36,719 bases of DNA. Origin: Candidatus Margulisiibacteriota bacterium. GTDB lineage: Bacteria > Margulisbacteria > WOR-1 > O2-12-FULL-45-9. Every line of letters begins with the position of its first letter. The first letter of the stretch is position 1. The translations under genes were made by a program, and so were the position numbers. The notes under the pieces are model-generated. The model was not told where the DNA came from and searched no databases. It saw nothing but the letters and a program-made list of their open reading frames with translations. The stretch is taken from NCBI GenBank assembly GCA_034723395.1, contig JAYEOW010000033.1, positions 1 to 36,719 on the forward strand, written 5' to 3'. Of the stretch, positions 29,243 through 36,719 are shown in pieces.

Positions 29243-29361
29243 CCTTAATCCTCACTCCTTAATTCTTATCCTTAAATTTTGCGCAAACAAGCTAACGGGA
29301 ACTATATAACTAAACAAGGATTAGGATTAAGGATTAAGGAAATTTTGCTTACGCAAAATTT
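29243..29361. repeat. Inverted array of CCTTAAT/ATTAAGG heptamer repeats plus a small hairpin
   Basis: CCTTAATCCTCACTCCTTAATTCTTATCCTTAA ... AAGGATTAGGATTAAGGATTAAGG, then AATTTTGC-TTAC-GCAAAATT. Confidence 0.65.
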
Positions 29362-29362
29362 A

Positions 29363-29467
29363 TTGACTATTTACGAAAATATTCGAAACGATTTTATTAA
29401 ATAATGATGAGCGGCGATTGCCGCCGTTCAATCGCCGCTCATTTTCCGTTTTCAGCGGCCTTTTCGG
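29363..29467 (+). repeat. Left 105-bp inverted repeat of the defence cassette
   Basis: Exact reverse complement of 36552-36656; contains a 14-bp stem ATGAGCGGCGATTG-N8-CAATCGCCGCTCAT. Confidence 0.97.
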
Positions 29468-29536
29468 ATTGGACGATTTCAAGTTTTTCTTCGGAATGAT
29501 TCCAACTGCATTTCATGCAGTTGGCGGCAAATTCTT

Positions 29537-30403
29537 TTAATTCTTCTGGAACACATTTAGCACATCGGCTTCATTCTTCGAAACTGATAATTGTTGGACT
29601 TTCTCTTTTGAGAATCTAATAATCCGGCCTAAATTTAAACGGCACAAAAATAATATTTTCCGCTTTGCAAGCTTGGCAATCCCTTTATTTCTCCTTAAGA
29701 AAAAGTCTAGGCTCACAAAAAGCTCTTCATAAGCCATATAAATCGCAAAAATATACAAAAATGGTAAATAAACAACTGTTAATAATGGAGGAAGAAGAAA
29801 AGAGCGAAGATTAACTGTAGTAACCAAAACCTGATAATTACTAAATACACTAAAAAGGGCAAAAAGAATTAATAAAAGGCCCAAAATTGCAAGAATTGAA
29901 TCCATTATTCTCTTGACTGAAGAATGCTCCTTTTTCATCTCTGCTACGACACTAACAATACCGACAAAAACAAACAGTGGAACGAGAACTATCTCAGTTA
30001 ATACGCTAAAAGCATAAAAGCCCACAATGAATTCGAGCACCAAGATTAGCTTTAGATTATCCAGTAATAATTTCCTAAAATGGTGCTCATCCCGTAAAGC
30101 CTTATTTGAATTCATTAAAAGCACAACTGCCACACCTATACCCCAGAGAATAGTATCCTTCATCAATGAGACATCCCATAATTGAGTTTTATAAAACAAA
30201 ATAATTATCGAGGTTACGTATAAAAGCATCGTGATTAGTATAAAAATAATCTTTCCCCTCATCAGAGCCCTAAATATATCAAAAATTGACTTCCGTAGAT
30301 TCCTTTGCAATAAAGCACAAACAAGGATAAATAAACCCCAAAGGATGACGGCCAATTCTCTATTGTTAAATATGCCAGTAAATAATCTTATATCTGTTGT
30401 CAT
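29537..30403 (-). CDS. Multi-pass membrane protein (about 7-8 TM), unknown function
   Basis: Repeated hydrophobic helices and a basic C-terminal tail. Confidence 0.8.
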   Translation of the reverse strand: MTTDIRLFTGIFNNRELAVILWGLFILVCALLQRNLRKSIFDIFRALMRGKIIFILITMLLYVTSIIILFYKTQLWDVSLMKDTILWGIGVAVVLLMNSNKALRDEHHFRKLLLDNLKLILVLEFIVGFYAFSVLTEIVLVPLFVFVGIVSVVAEMKKEHSSVKRIMDSILAILGLLLILFALFSVFSNYQVLVTTVNLRSFLLPPLLTVVYLPFLYIFAIYMAYEELFVSLDFFLRRNKGIAKLAKRKILFLCRLNLGRIIRFSKEKVQQLSVSKNEADVLNVFQKN

Positions 30404-30451
30404 TTGATTTTAAGCGGGGCAAATTCTTCTAATTATACGGATTTCTTAAAA

Positions 30452-31330
30452 TTACCAGAATACCCCATCTACCAAATTGTCATCGATTTTAAGAAAATCA
30501 AATGTAGCTTTGCCTTCCTCATCTATCTCCAATAAAATATGCCCCTCACTCCGCGTTGAAAACATATATCTTGTTTTATTGTTATATGCTACACCCCTTG
30601 AATATTCGGGCTTTGAATATGAGGGTTCGATGCTTTCATCACCAGAGTTTGCAGACACTATATTAAAATGCGGTTTCCCCATCGTCTGAAATATCTCTTT
30701 GCAAAACCCAGACGAATGGCCATGATGGGAAGCAACAAAAAAAGAACTATTTGCAATCGAGTTTTTAAAATTATCGTTTTTTAGCAATTCTATCCACGCA
30801 TTCGATTCAAGGTCACCATGAAAAGAGATCTTCCAATTTTTATATTCAATAAAAGTTGAGATGCTTGAGTTATTAACAAAACAACCTTTTCCTAACAATT
30901 TTGCTTCTTCAGGAGTCAAGGATTCACCATGATAAATATTCGCACCCCAATCAGGAGTTGATGAAAGGGATTGATTATAAGATTTCTGCCAACCAGAATA
31001 CACATCCAAATTATGGTATAAATCTTTATCTCCTGTTTTTACGTCATCCCAATTATATATATGTCTTTTCATTATGCCTGGGCTCAAATCTCCTTTTAAT
31101 CTTTCAATATCAGTTAAATGATCATCATGTGGATGCGACAATACAAATTTGGTTAATTTATGCCCATTATATGTTTTCGCTCCAACCAATTCGTTCTCAG
31201 CAATATATTTAATGGGGGAAAAAGATTGTGTAGAGCCGCAATCAATCAACAGCGTATAATCATTAGGGGTTCTTATAAAAGCACAAAAACCTTGCTCAAC
31301 ATTAAATATTAGCACTCTTAGCTTACCCAT
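30452..31330 (-). CDS. ComEC/Rec2-type metallo-beta-lactamase-fold hydrolase
   Basis: NVEQG, LIDCG, SHPHDDH (HxHxDH), NNSS, HGD, SHHGHSSG; SD GAGGAG. Confidence 0.88.
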   Translation of the reverse strand: MGKLRVLIFNVEQGFCAFIRTPNDYTLLIDCGSTQSFSPIKYIAENELVGAKTYNGHKLTKFVLSHPHDDHLTDIERLKGDLSPGIMKRHIYNWDDVKTGDKDLYHNLDVYSGWQKSYNQSLSSTPDWGANIYHGESLTPEEAKLLGKGCFVNNSSISTFIEYKNWKISFHGDLESNAWIELLKNDNFKNSIANSSFFVASHHGHSSGFCKEIFQTMGKPHFNIVSANSGDESIEPSYSKPEYSRGVAYNNKTRYMFSTRSEGHILLEIDEEGKATFDFLKIDDNLVDGVFW

Positions 31331-31345
31331 TAAATAATATCTCCT

Positions 31346-31780
31346 CTAGCTTAGATCAGTTCTTTTAGAAATTCGTTTCTCAATAAACTCATGAAAATTA
31401 TAACCAGACAAAAAACCAAGCAACACAAAAGCTGTCTGATTTTTTGTGGTTTCTGTGAAATCAAAAGCCAGAAAAATGATCAAAAAGGCAAGTCCCCCAG
31501 CAATAGCTCCCAAAATTGGCCTTGATAAATACCACCATATCCATCTTTCAAAATCAAACATCTTCGAATTATCAACCTTCTCAACAGCACTTTGGTAAAA
31601 TCCCCTAGTCATGTAAACAGCACTACCAAGAAGGCCAGAAAATATCGCGAGAGAACAAGATTTTTCGGAAAAACTCAGAATAAAGTGATCCCTATAGGTT
31701 AGGAACAAAAAAGTTCCGGCTATAAGGTAGCTTACAATAATTACCAGGAAAATAACCAGTTTCTTAAACACCATTCGCAC
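31346..31780 (-). CDS. Small membrane protein (about 4 TM)
   Basis: GLLGSAVY..FD..WIWWYLSRPILGA..GFLSGY helical-hairpin pattern; GTG start with SD GAGGGAG. Confidence 0.75.
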   Translation of the reverse strand: MRMVFKKLVIFLVIIVSYLIAGTFLFLTYRDHFILSFSEKSCSLAIFSGLLGSAVYMTRGFYQSAVEKVDNSKMFDFERWIWWYLSRPILGAIAGGLAFLIIFLAFDFTETTKNQTAFVLLGFLSGYNFHEFIEKRISKRTDLS

Positions 31781-31807
31781 ACTCCCTCATCAACTAAAAA
31801 TAACATA

Positions 31808-31852
31808 TTGACATTTTCATCAGGCAAAAGTATAATCGAAAATGAATCGAAA
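31808..31852 (+). promoter_or_regulatory. Consensus sigma70 promoter with an overlapping direct-repeat operator
   Basis: TTGACA(31808)-17 nt-TATAAT(31831); AATCGAAA at 31834 and 31845 (11-bp period). Confidence 0.8.
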
Positions 31853-31860
31853 GTCAAGAT

Positions 31861-33336
31861 ATGCTAACTAAAAGACAAAAACAAGTTCTGGATTTCATCA
31901 AATCATTCCTTAAAAAGAAGGGATTCGCCCCCTCTTTAGAGGAGATAAAGAAGCACCTTAAGTTATCTTCGGTTTCTACAGCACATCATCACATGAAGGC
32001 ACTGGAACGCCTTGGCTTCCTCAAAAGAGAAGAAAACCAGCCTAGAGCTGTGGATGTTTTTGAGGCGGGGCAAATGGTTACAATTCCTCTACTTGGAGTT
32101 ATCTCCGCTGGCGTACCGATCGAGGCAATCGAAGATAAGGAAACCATCGCAGTGCAAAAATCGAGACTGCCCAGAAACGGTGAATTTTACGCACTGAAAG
32201 TAAAAGGCACCAGCATGATTGATGAAAACATTAATGATGGCGATATTGTGGTTGTTAGAAGTCAGTCAACCGCAGACAATGGGGATAAGATTGTTGCTTT
32301 GATTGATAATACCGAAGTCACACTAAAAAAACTATTTAAGGAAAAAGGCCGGATTAGACTCCAGCCAGCAAACGCTGAGTTACAACCAATTTATGTTGAT
32401 CCTAAGAACTTAGTTATTCAAGGAAAAGTAATAGATATTGTCAAAACACAAGAGGCATCACCAGAAATTAGCACTCAAGAACAAGAAGATCTTTTCCCCC
32501 TCCCCCAATCAAACAACGAAGACCTCCCTCTCAATACAATCATGTGCAATGATTCTCTTGAGAGAATGAAAAAAATGCCCACAAACTCAATCGATTTAGT
32601 TATTGCAGATCCTCCCTACAACCTCTCAAAGGGTAATTCGTGGTCTTGGAAAGGAAACAAAACTCTTCCGGGATTTGGCGGCACATGGAATAAGACAAAA
32701 GAATCTTGGGACAATATGCCCCTAAATGATTACTTAAATTTTACTTTGGCCTGGCTTTCCGAAGCAAAAAGACTATTAAAACCATCGGGATCAATTTGGG
32801 TATTTGGAACCTACCATAACATAGGAATAATTAATATCGCACTCCAGTTTCTTGGCATTGAAATTATTAATGAGGTTGTCTGGTATAAAAGAAACGCCTT
32901 CCCAAACTTATCTGGTCGGCGACTTACCGCAAGCCATGAAACGCTATTGTGGGGACATGTTGGAGAAAAGAAACGTAAGTATTATTTTAATTATAAAAGA
33001 TCAAAAGAGTTTTATTCTCCATCTGACAAATTAAAGGCACAGGGGAAACAAATGCGCACAGTTTGGGATATTCCAAACAATAAAAACCGTGAAGAAATCA
33101 AATATGGCAAACACCCAACACAAAAGCCACTTAGTATATGCAAAAGGATTATTCTTCTTAGCTCAAAAGAAGATGATATTGTGTTTTCTCCATTTGCCGG
33201 AGTAGGAAGTGAATGTTTGGCTGCGAAATTACTAGACAGACAATACATTGGCATTGAAAAGGAGATACAATATGTCGAAATCGCACAAAAGCGCCTCAAA
33301 AATACAAAGAAACTATTACAACTTTTTAAAGCATGA
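31861..33336 (+). CDS. lexA: LexA repressor fused to a beta-class N4/N6 DNA methyltransferase
   Basis: LTKRQKQVLDFI..APSLEEI wHTH, ISAG cleavage site, GTSM Ser, TLKK Lys; then ADPPYN, HPTQKP, SPFAGVGS. Confidence 0.92.
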   Translation: MLTKRQKQVLDFIKSFLKKKGFAPSLEEIKKHLKLSSVSTAHHHMKALERLGFLKREENQPRAVDVFEAGQMVTIPLLGVISAGVPIEAIEDKETIAVQKSRLPRNGEFYALKVKGTSMIDENINDGDIVVVRSQSTADNGDKIVALIDNTEVTLKKLFKEKGRIRLQPANAELQPIYVDPKNLVIQGKVIDIVKTQEASPEISTQEQEDLFPLPQSNNEDLPLNTIMCNDSLERMKKMPTNSIDLVIADPPYNLSKGNSWSWKGNKTLPGFGGTWNKTKESWDNMPLNDYLNFTLAWLSEAKRLLKPSGSIWVFGTYHNIGIINIALQFLGIEIINEVVWYKRNAFPNLSGRRLTASHETLLWGHVGEKKRKYYFNYKRSKEFYSPSDKLKAQGKQMRTVWDIPNNKNREEIKYGKHPTQKPLSICKRIILLSSKEDDIVFSPFAGVGSECLAAKLLDRQYIGIEKEIQYVEIAQKRLKNTKKLLQLFKA

Positions 33337-34142
33337 AAAAACTACTACCACTTATCAAATGGTCGGGCAGTAAAAGAAGCCAAGCAGAAGAAATAATTGG
33401 CCTCTTCCCAGATACCGTTAACACTTACTACGAGCCATTTCTTGGAGGAGGCTCCATACTAGGTGCTTTTTCCCCAAAGAAGGCCATTTGTGGAGATGTT
33501 TGCCAAGCCCTCATAGAATTGTGGAAATTAGCACAAACCAAGCCTGATTTAGTCCATAGTGAATACAAAAAACGCTGGGAAAAACTTCAAAAAGACAAAC
33601 ACCCATTCTATTATGAGGTTAGATCTCGTTTTAACAAAAAGCAGTCACCTCACGACCTGTTATTTCTAACAAGAACTTGCGTAAATGGTCTTATAAGATT
33701 CAATAGAAAAGGTGAGTTTAACAATTCCCTGCACTATTCCAGAAAGGGGATCCACCCTGAAAACCTAAGAAACATAGCAAAAACATGGAGCAATAAAATA
33801 GAATCATATAGTTTTGATGTAAAACATTATTTTGATCTTACAAAAAAGGCTGGTAAAAATGATTTCGTTTACCTTGATCCTCCATATTTCAATACTCGTG
33901 GAAGATATTTTGGAAAAATCGACTTTACTGAATTTCTAAAATATTTGGAAGACTTAAACAATCGGAAAATACGATTTGCCCTTTCTTTTGATGGTGCCAG
34001 AGGTGAAAAATCATATATCGTAAAGCTGCCCAAGAAACTGTACAAAAGACATCATTTGATACACTCAGGAAATTCAACTTTTAATAAAGTGCAAAATGGA
34101 AAAGTCGAAAAGGTTTACGAATCTATCTACCTGAATTACTAG
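33333..34142 (+). CDS. Dam/D12-family (alpha-class) DNA adenine methyltransferase
   Basis: LIKWSGSK, YYEPFLGGGS, NGLIRFN, FVYLDPPY; ATGA overlap with the upstream gene. Confidence 0.92.
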   Translation: MKKLLPLIKWSGSKRSQAEEIIGLFPDTVNTYYEPFLGGGSILGAFSPKKAICGDVCQALIELWKLAQTKPDLVHSEYKKRWEKLQKDKHPFYYEVRSRFNKKQSPHDLLFLTRTCVNGLIRFNRKGEFNNSLHYSRKGIHPENLRNIAKTWSNKIESYSFDVKHYFDLTKKAGKNDFVYLDPPYFNTRGRYFGKIDFTEFLKYLEDLNNRKIRFALSFDGARGEKSYIVKLPKKLYKRHHLIHSGNSTFNKVQNGKVEKVYESIYLNY

Positions 34143-36156
34143 CTCTGATCACTCTCAACTCTATTGCGTTTGAGTACCTATGGGTTAGTTTTTTAATGGT
34201 TGGCAAAAATTGTTCGGCCTGATCATCAAAAATCGTATAAATGATAACAAAGTCTCTCTCGGGTGAATAATCAACGCCAAACACCATATTCAACTTGCCT
34301 TTTTTCAGTACCTGTTGTAATCTTTTTTTGTCTGAGAAACGGAAAGCGGCACCACTCAAAACCTGGCACTTTTTACTGAGCTTATCACTAAATGGTTCCC
34401 ATAACTCCTCCCCAAGTTTTCTTGTGGAAATTGGAGGCCTCTTAATCAAGTTCCCAATATAGCTCCTTAAATGATTACCAATATTCGTTTCAAGCAGAGA
34501 TTCGCTAGCTTTTGACTCAATTGCAACCAGGGTATTCCCTGATCTAAATTGTATCAGATGATCTGGCCTTTTTGTTTTATCACCAGAAACCCTTGGCAGG
34601 GAGGTCCATCTATATTCCCTCTTCTCATCAAAATCGATAATTGAAATTCCACTCCAGTCTCCACCAGGGGGGTTACATAAACCTTCATAGACATCCTCAT
34701 TCAGTGATCGTGCACATAACAAATGGATAACGGAGTCGATATCATGCTCCCCAAAAGAAGGTGTTAGCTTTGCCGCTCTTAATATTTCTGGCTCCATAAC
34801 TTTTTTATTCTGGGGAACTAGCAACCCTCTATTTTCTATTCCTAGGGACGTTGGGCTATCAACCAATATTGCATTACTTAGATTGACAATAGCCTCCCAT
34901 AAACCATTAGTTCTACTTAAATGATACATATCTTCCTGCAATTTTTTCCAAACATCCGATTTTGCAGGACCATATACAATTGTTAATAAGTCTATTTTTT
35001 CGTTACCAAATATCATCCTGGCTAATGGAACAAGCCCCCTATCAGGTCGAGAATCATCCCCACGAGGTTTGAAGCCAGCTATCCAAACACACAGCAGTGG
35101 TCGTTCCCCATCAGAAAGCCAGTTTAGAAACTCACTATTAATGCTTTTACCATAAAGTTTACCAATTTCTTTTGCATATGCCATTCTTCTATTTCCGTCT
35201 AAAAGACAAAAAGGCATATCCTTGGATCCAGCCCCAACTGCACCTTGTTGGATAGTTATTTTTAATAACTTCTTGAACGTTTTAGTAATTGTTTTGAGGC
35301 CAATCTTTTTATTCCAGGACATGCCCTTTTTTATCAACCATCCTGCTTTGTCAAATCCAGTCCGCATTTTTTCTACGGATTCAAATTCATCAGGCGATAA
35401 AATATCATTTCTTTTCCGCTTTTCAGCAAGTATCTTTACTACATTTCGGGACTTAGATTGCAAAGAAGAAATATATTCTTTAAGATTAGTGTTAAATAGT
35501 ACCCCCCTAACTAATTGTGTTGCATCTTTTAATCCAAAGCAATCCTTGAAATCCCTATAATTATCGGCACCTATGGATGGACTAGAAACAAAAACCGGCA
35601 AAGCAATTGCTCCTTCAATCTCACCTAAAGTCAAATAGGCAAAAGGAACTAATGGATTAGGAAAACGAGCAGCTTTCTTATCGCGCGCAAGACCCAATTC
35701 TAGTCCGCCAATTTCTGCAAAATAGAGGTATGGAACTTGGGCATAAGCCATTGCCAATGCTCTTCCACTCCTCTGCCATGCATTATTACCAGCAGGGAGG
35801 GCTCCACAAAACTCTAATGCTAAAATAGGTTCTTCATATTCACCATCGGCAGAACTATTTAATCTTGTTATTATTGCATCTGTAGCCTCTCTTAATGGCG
35901 CCCCCCTGTCCATCAAATGTTTTTTAAGATCTATTCCCCACCTATCATGTCCAGGAAACAATTGAATAAAAAATGAAATATTAGTGTCAGAGATAACCTT
36001 ATAAATAGGGGTAAAAGCTTGCCCGCCAACAAAAGAAAATATAGGGTCATTGGGATTAACTGATGCTGCAAGTAGACTGAGCGCACTCTCGCACTCTAGA
36101 ATATTATCGCCATGGATTCTCAGCCTATATGTTTTTGAATTATTCTTTTGGTTCAT
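34123..36156 (-). CDS. Type IIS restriction endonuclease, BsmI/Mva1269I-like
   Basis: 677 aa; EcoRI-like AGNNAWQRS segment and C-terminal PD-X14-ESK (E547); convergent with two MTases. Family assignment is from recall, not a search. Confidence 0.7.
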   Translation of the reverse strand: MNQKNNSKTYRLRIHGDNILECESALSLLAASVNPNDPIFSFVGGQAFTPIYKVISDTNISFFIQLFPGHDRWGIDLKKHLMDRGAPLREATDAIITRLNSSADGEYEEPILALEFCGALPAGNNAWQRSGRALAMAYAQVPYLYFAEIGGLELGLARDKKAARFPNPLVPFAYLTLGEIEGAIALPVFVSSPSIGADNYRDFKDCFGLKDATQLVRGVLFNTNLKEYISSLQSKSRNVVKILAEKRKRNDILSPDEFESVEKMRTGFDKAGWLIKKGMSWNKKIGLKTITKTFKKLLKITIQQGAVGAGSKDMPFCLLDGNRRMAYAKEIGKLYGKSINSEFLNWLSDGERPLLCVWIAGFKPRGDDSRPDRGLVPLARMIFGNEKIDLLTIVYGPAKSDVWKKLQEDMYHLSRTNGLWEAIVNLSNAILVDSPTSLGIENRGLLVPQNKKVMEPEILRAAKLTPSFGEHDIDSVIHLLCARSLNEDVYEGLCNPPGGDWSGISIIDFDEKREYRWTSLPRVSGDKTKRPDHLIQFRSGNTLVAIESKASESLLETNIGNHLRSYIGNLIKRPPISTRKLGEELWEPFSDKLSKKCQVLSGAAFRFSDKKRLQQVLKKGKLNMVFGVDYSPERDFVIIYTIFDDQAEQFLPTIKKLTHRYSNAIELRVIRASNSGR

Positions 36157-36175
36157 AGCGACATTTGCCTACTGC

Positions 36176-36397
36176 TCAGTCAATAAAAAAAGAAACATCT
36201 TTTCCATAGATGCTAGCAAGCTCTCTCAGCTGAATAATATCGATACGTCTCTGCCCCAATTCAATCTTGGACAAATATGATTGCGACTTATTTAATCTAT
36301 CCGCCACCTCGTTCTGGTCGAATCCAGCTTCATTTCGTGCTTGCTTTAATCGATCCACAATCTTTTTGTGTTCTTTTGAATAGATGACTTTGCTCAT
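36176..36397 (-). CDS. Xre-family HTH controller (C) protein
   Basis: RLKQARNEAGFDQNEVA..SQSYLSKIELGQR; directly upstream of the REase; SD GGAGG supports ATG 36397. Confidence 0.85.
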   Translation of the reverse strand: MSKVIYSKEHKKIVDRLKQARNEAGFDQNEVADRLNKSQSYLSKIELGQRRIDIIQLRELASIYGKDVSFFID

Positions 36398-36413
36398 AAC
36401 TTGCAACCCCTCC

Positions 36414-36457
36414 TATACCATGGTATATTCCATTATGTCATATTCCAAATTGGAATA
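36414..36457 (-). promoter_or_regulatory. Palindromic operator candidates (C-box-like)
   Basis: TATACCATGGTATA (36414-36427) and TATTCCAA-A-TTGGAATA (36441-36457), with a partial copy at 36426. Confidence 0.55.
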
Positions 36458-36551
36458 CTGCCGTTCCTCTCTTTCCTGCAGAAAAAATTTGTTTTTGGCC
36501 AAAATAAAGTGCGAGCCGATATTTTTTAGGGTTCTTTGGCAGTTTTTCAAG

Positions 36552-36656
36552 CCGAAAAGGCCGCTGAAAACGGAAAATGAGCGGCGATTGAACGGCGGCA
36601 ATCGCCGCTCATCATTATTTAATAAAATCGTTTCGAATATTTTCGTAAATAGTCAA
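36552..36656 (-). repeat. Right 105-bp inverted repeat of the defence cassette
   Basis: Exact reverse complement of 29363-29467. Confidence 0.97.
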
Positions 36657-36719
36657 CCATTTATTGGCTCTATAGCAAAGAGTGTGCTAAAAAATAAGTA
36701 AAAGTGTGGTAGGTTTTCC

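Larger units (their letters stand above)
29363..36656. mobile_element. Inverted-repeat-bounded defence/restriction-modification cassette (7.3 kb)
   Basis: Perfect 105-bp terminal IRs, visibly AT-richer cargo, RM and defence-type genes, nearby tRNA remnant; no recombinase inside. Confidence 0.75.

Noticed and set aside
29243..29467. CRISPR array or mini-array
   Set aside because: No direct repeats separated by unique spacers, and no cas genes in the window.
7519..29990. Avoidance of GAATGC as support for the REase specificity
   Set aside because: GAATGC occurs several times (e.g. 7519, 7868, 8631, 8773), so there is no visible depletion; uninformative for a recently acquired system.
29363..36656. 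Classical IS or composite transposon
   Set aside because: No transposase ORF inside and no target-site duplication in the flanks.
36384..36701. ORFs 36384-36701(+) and 36413-36601(-)
   Set aside because: They span the operator region and the terminal repeat and show no protein-like features.

Overview
Bacterial chromosomal window from a diderm organism. Gene content (V/A-type ATPase, beta-barrel and PorV-like proteins, many orphans) loosely suggests Ca. Saganbacteria/Margulisbacteria; this is inference only. Left to right it holds: the end of a V/A-type ATPase operon (A, B, D); a 777-aa sigma70-family factor with about 4.5 N-terminal ~97-aa tandem repeats; a decayed DUF5674 gene pair; a YchF homologue with a degenerate P-loop; tRNA-Glu(CTC); a U32 protein; a hairpin cluster and two orphans; a large SprA-motif outer-membrane protein; a trehalose operon (otsA, otsB, mscS pseudogene, DUF5752, treT); a four-gene operon (secreted protein with a T9SS-like C-terminal domain, PorV-like barrel, TPR-ExeA AAA, receiver); DUF2914; an intact mscS; and a GH26 pseudogene. 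The right end is a 7.3-kb AT-richer defence cassette: two membrane proteins, a ComEC-type MBL hydrolase, a LexA-methyltransferase fusion, a Dam-family MTase, a BsmI/Mva1269I-like REase and a controller HTH. Strongest unexplained signals: (1) perfect 105-bp inverted repeats bounding the cassette, with no recombinase or transposase inside; (2) a fixed-spacing motif GAAATT-N16-GATA found six times upstream of genes, mostly orphans, including the repeat-sigma itself; (3) the repeat-fused sigma factor.
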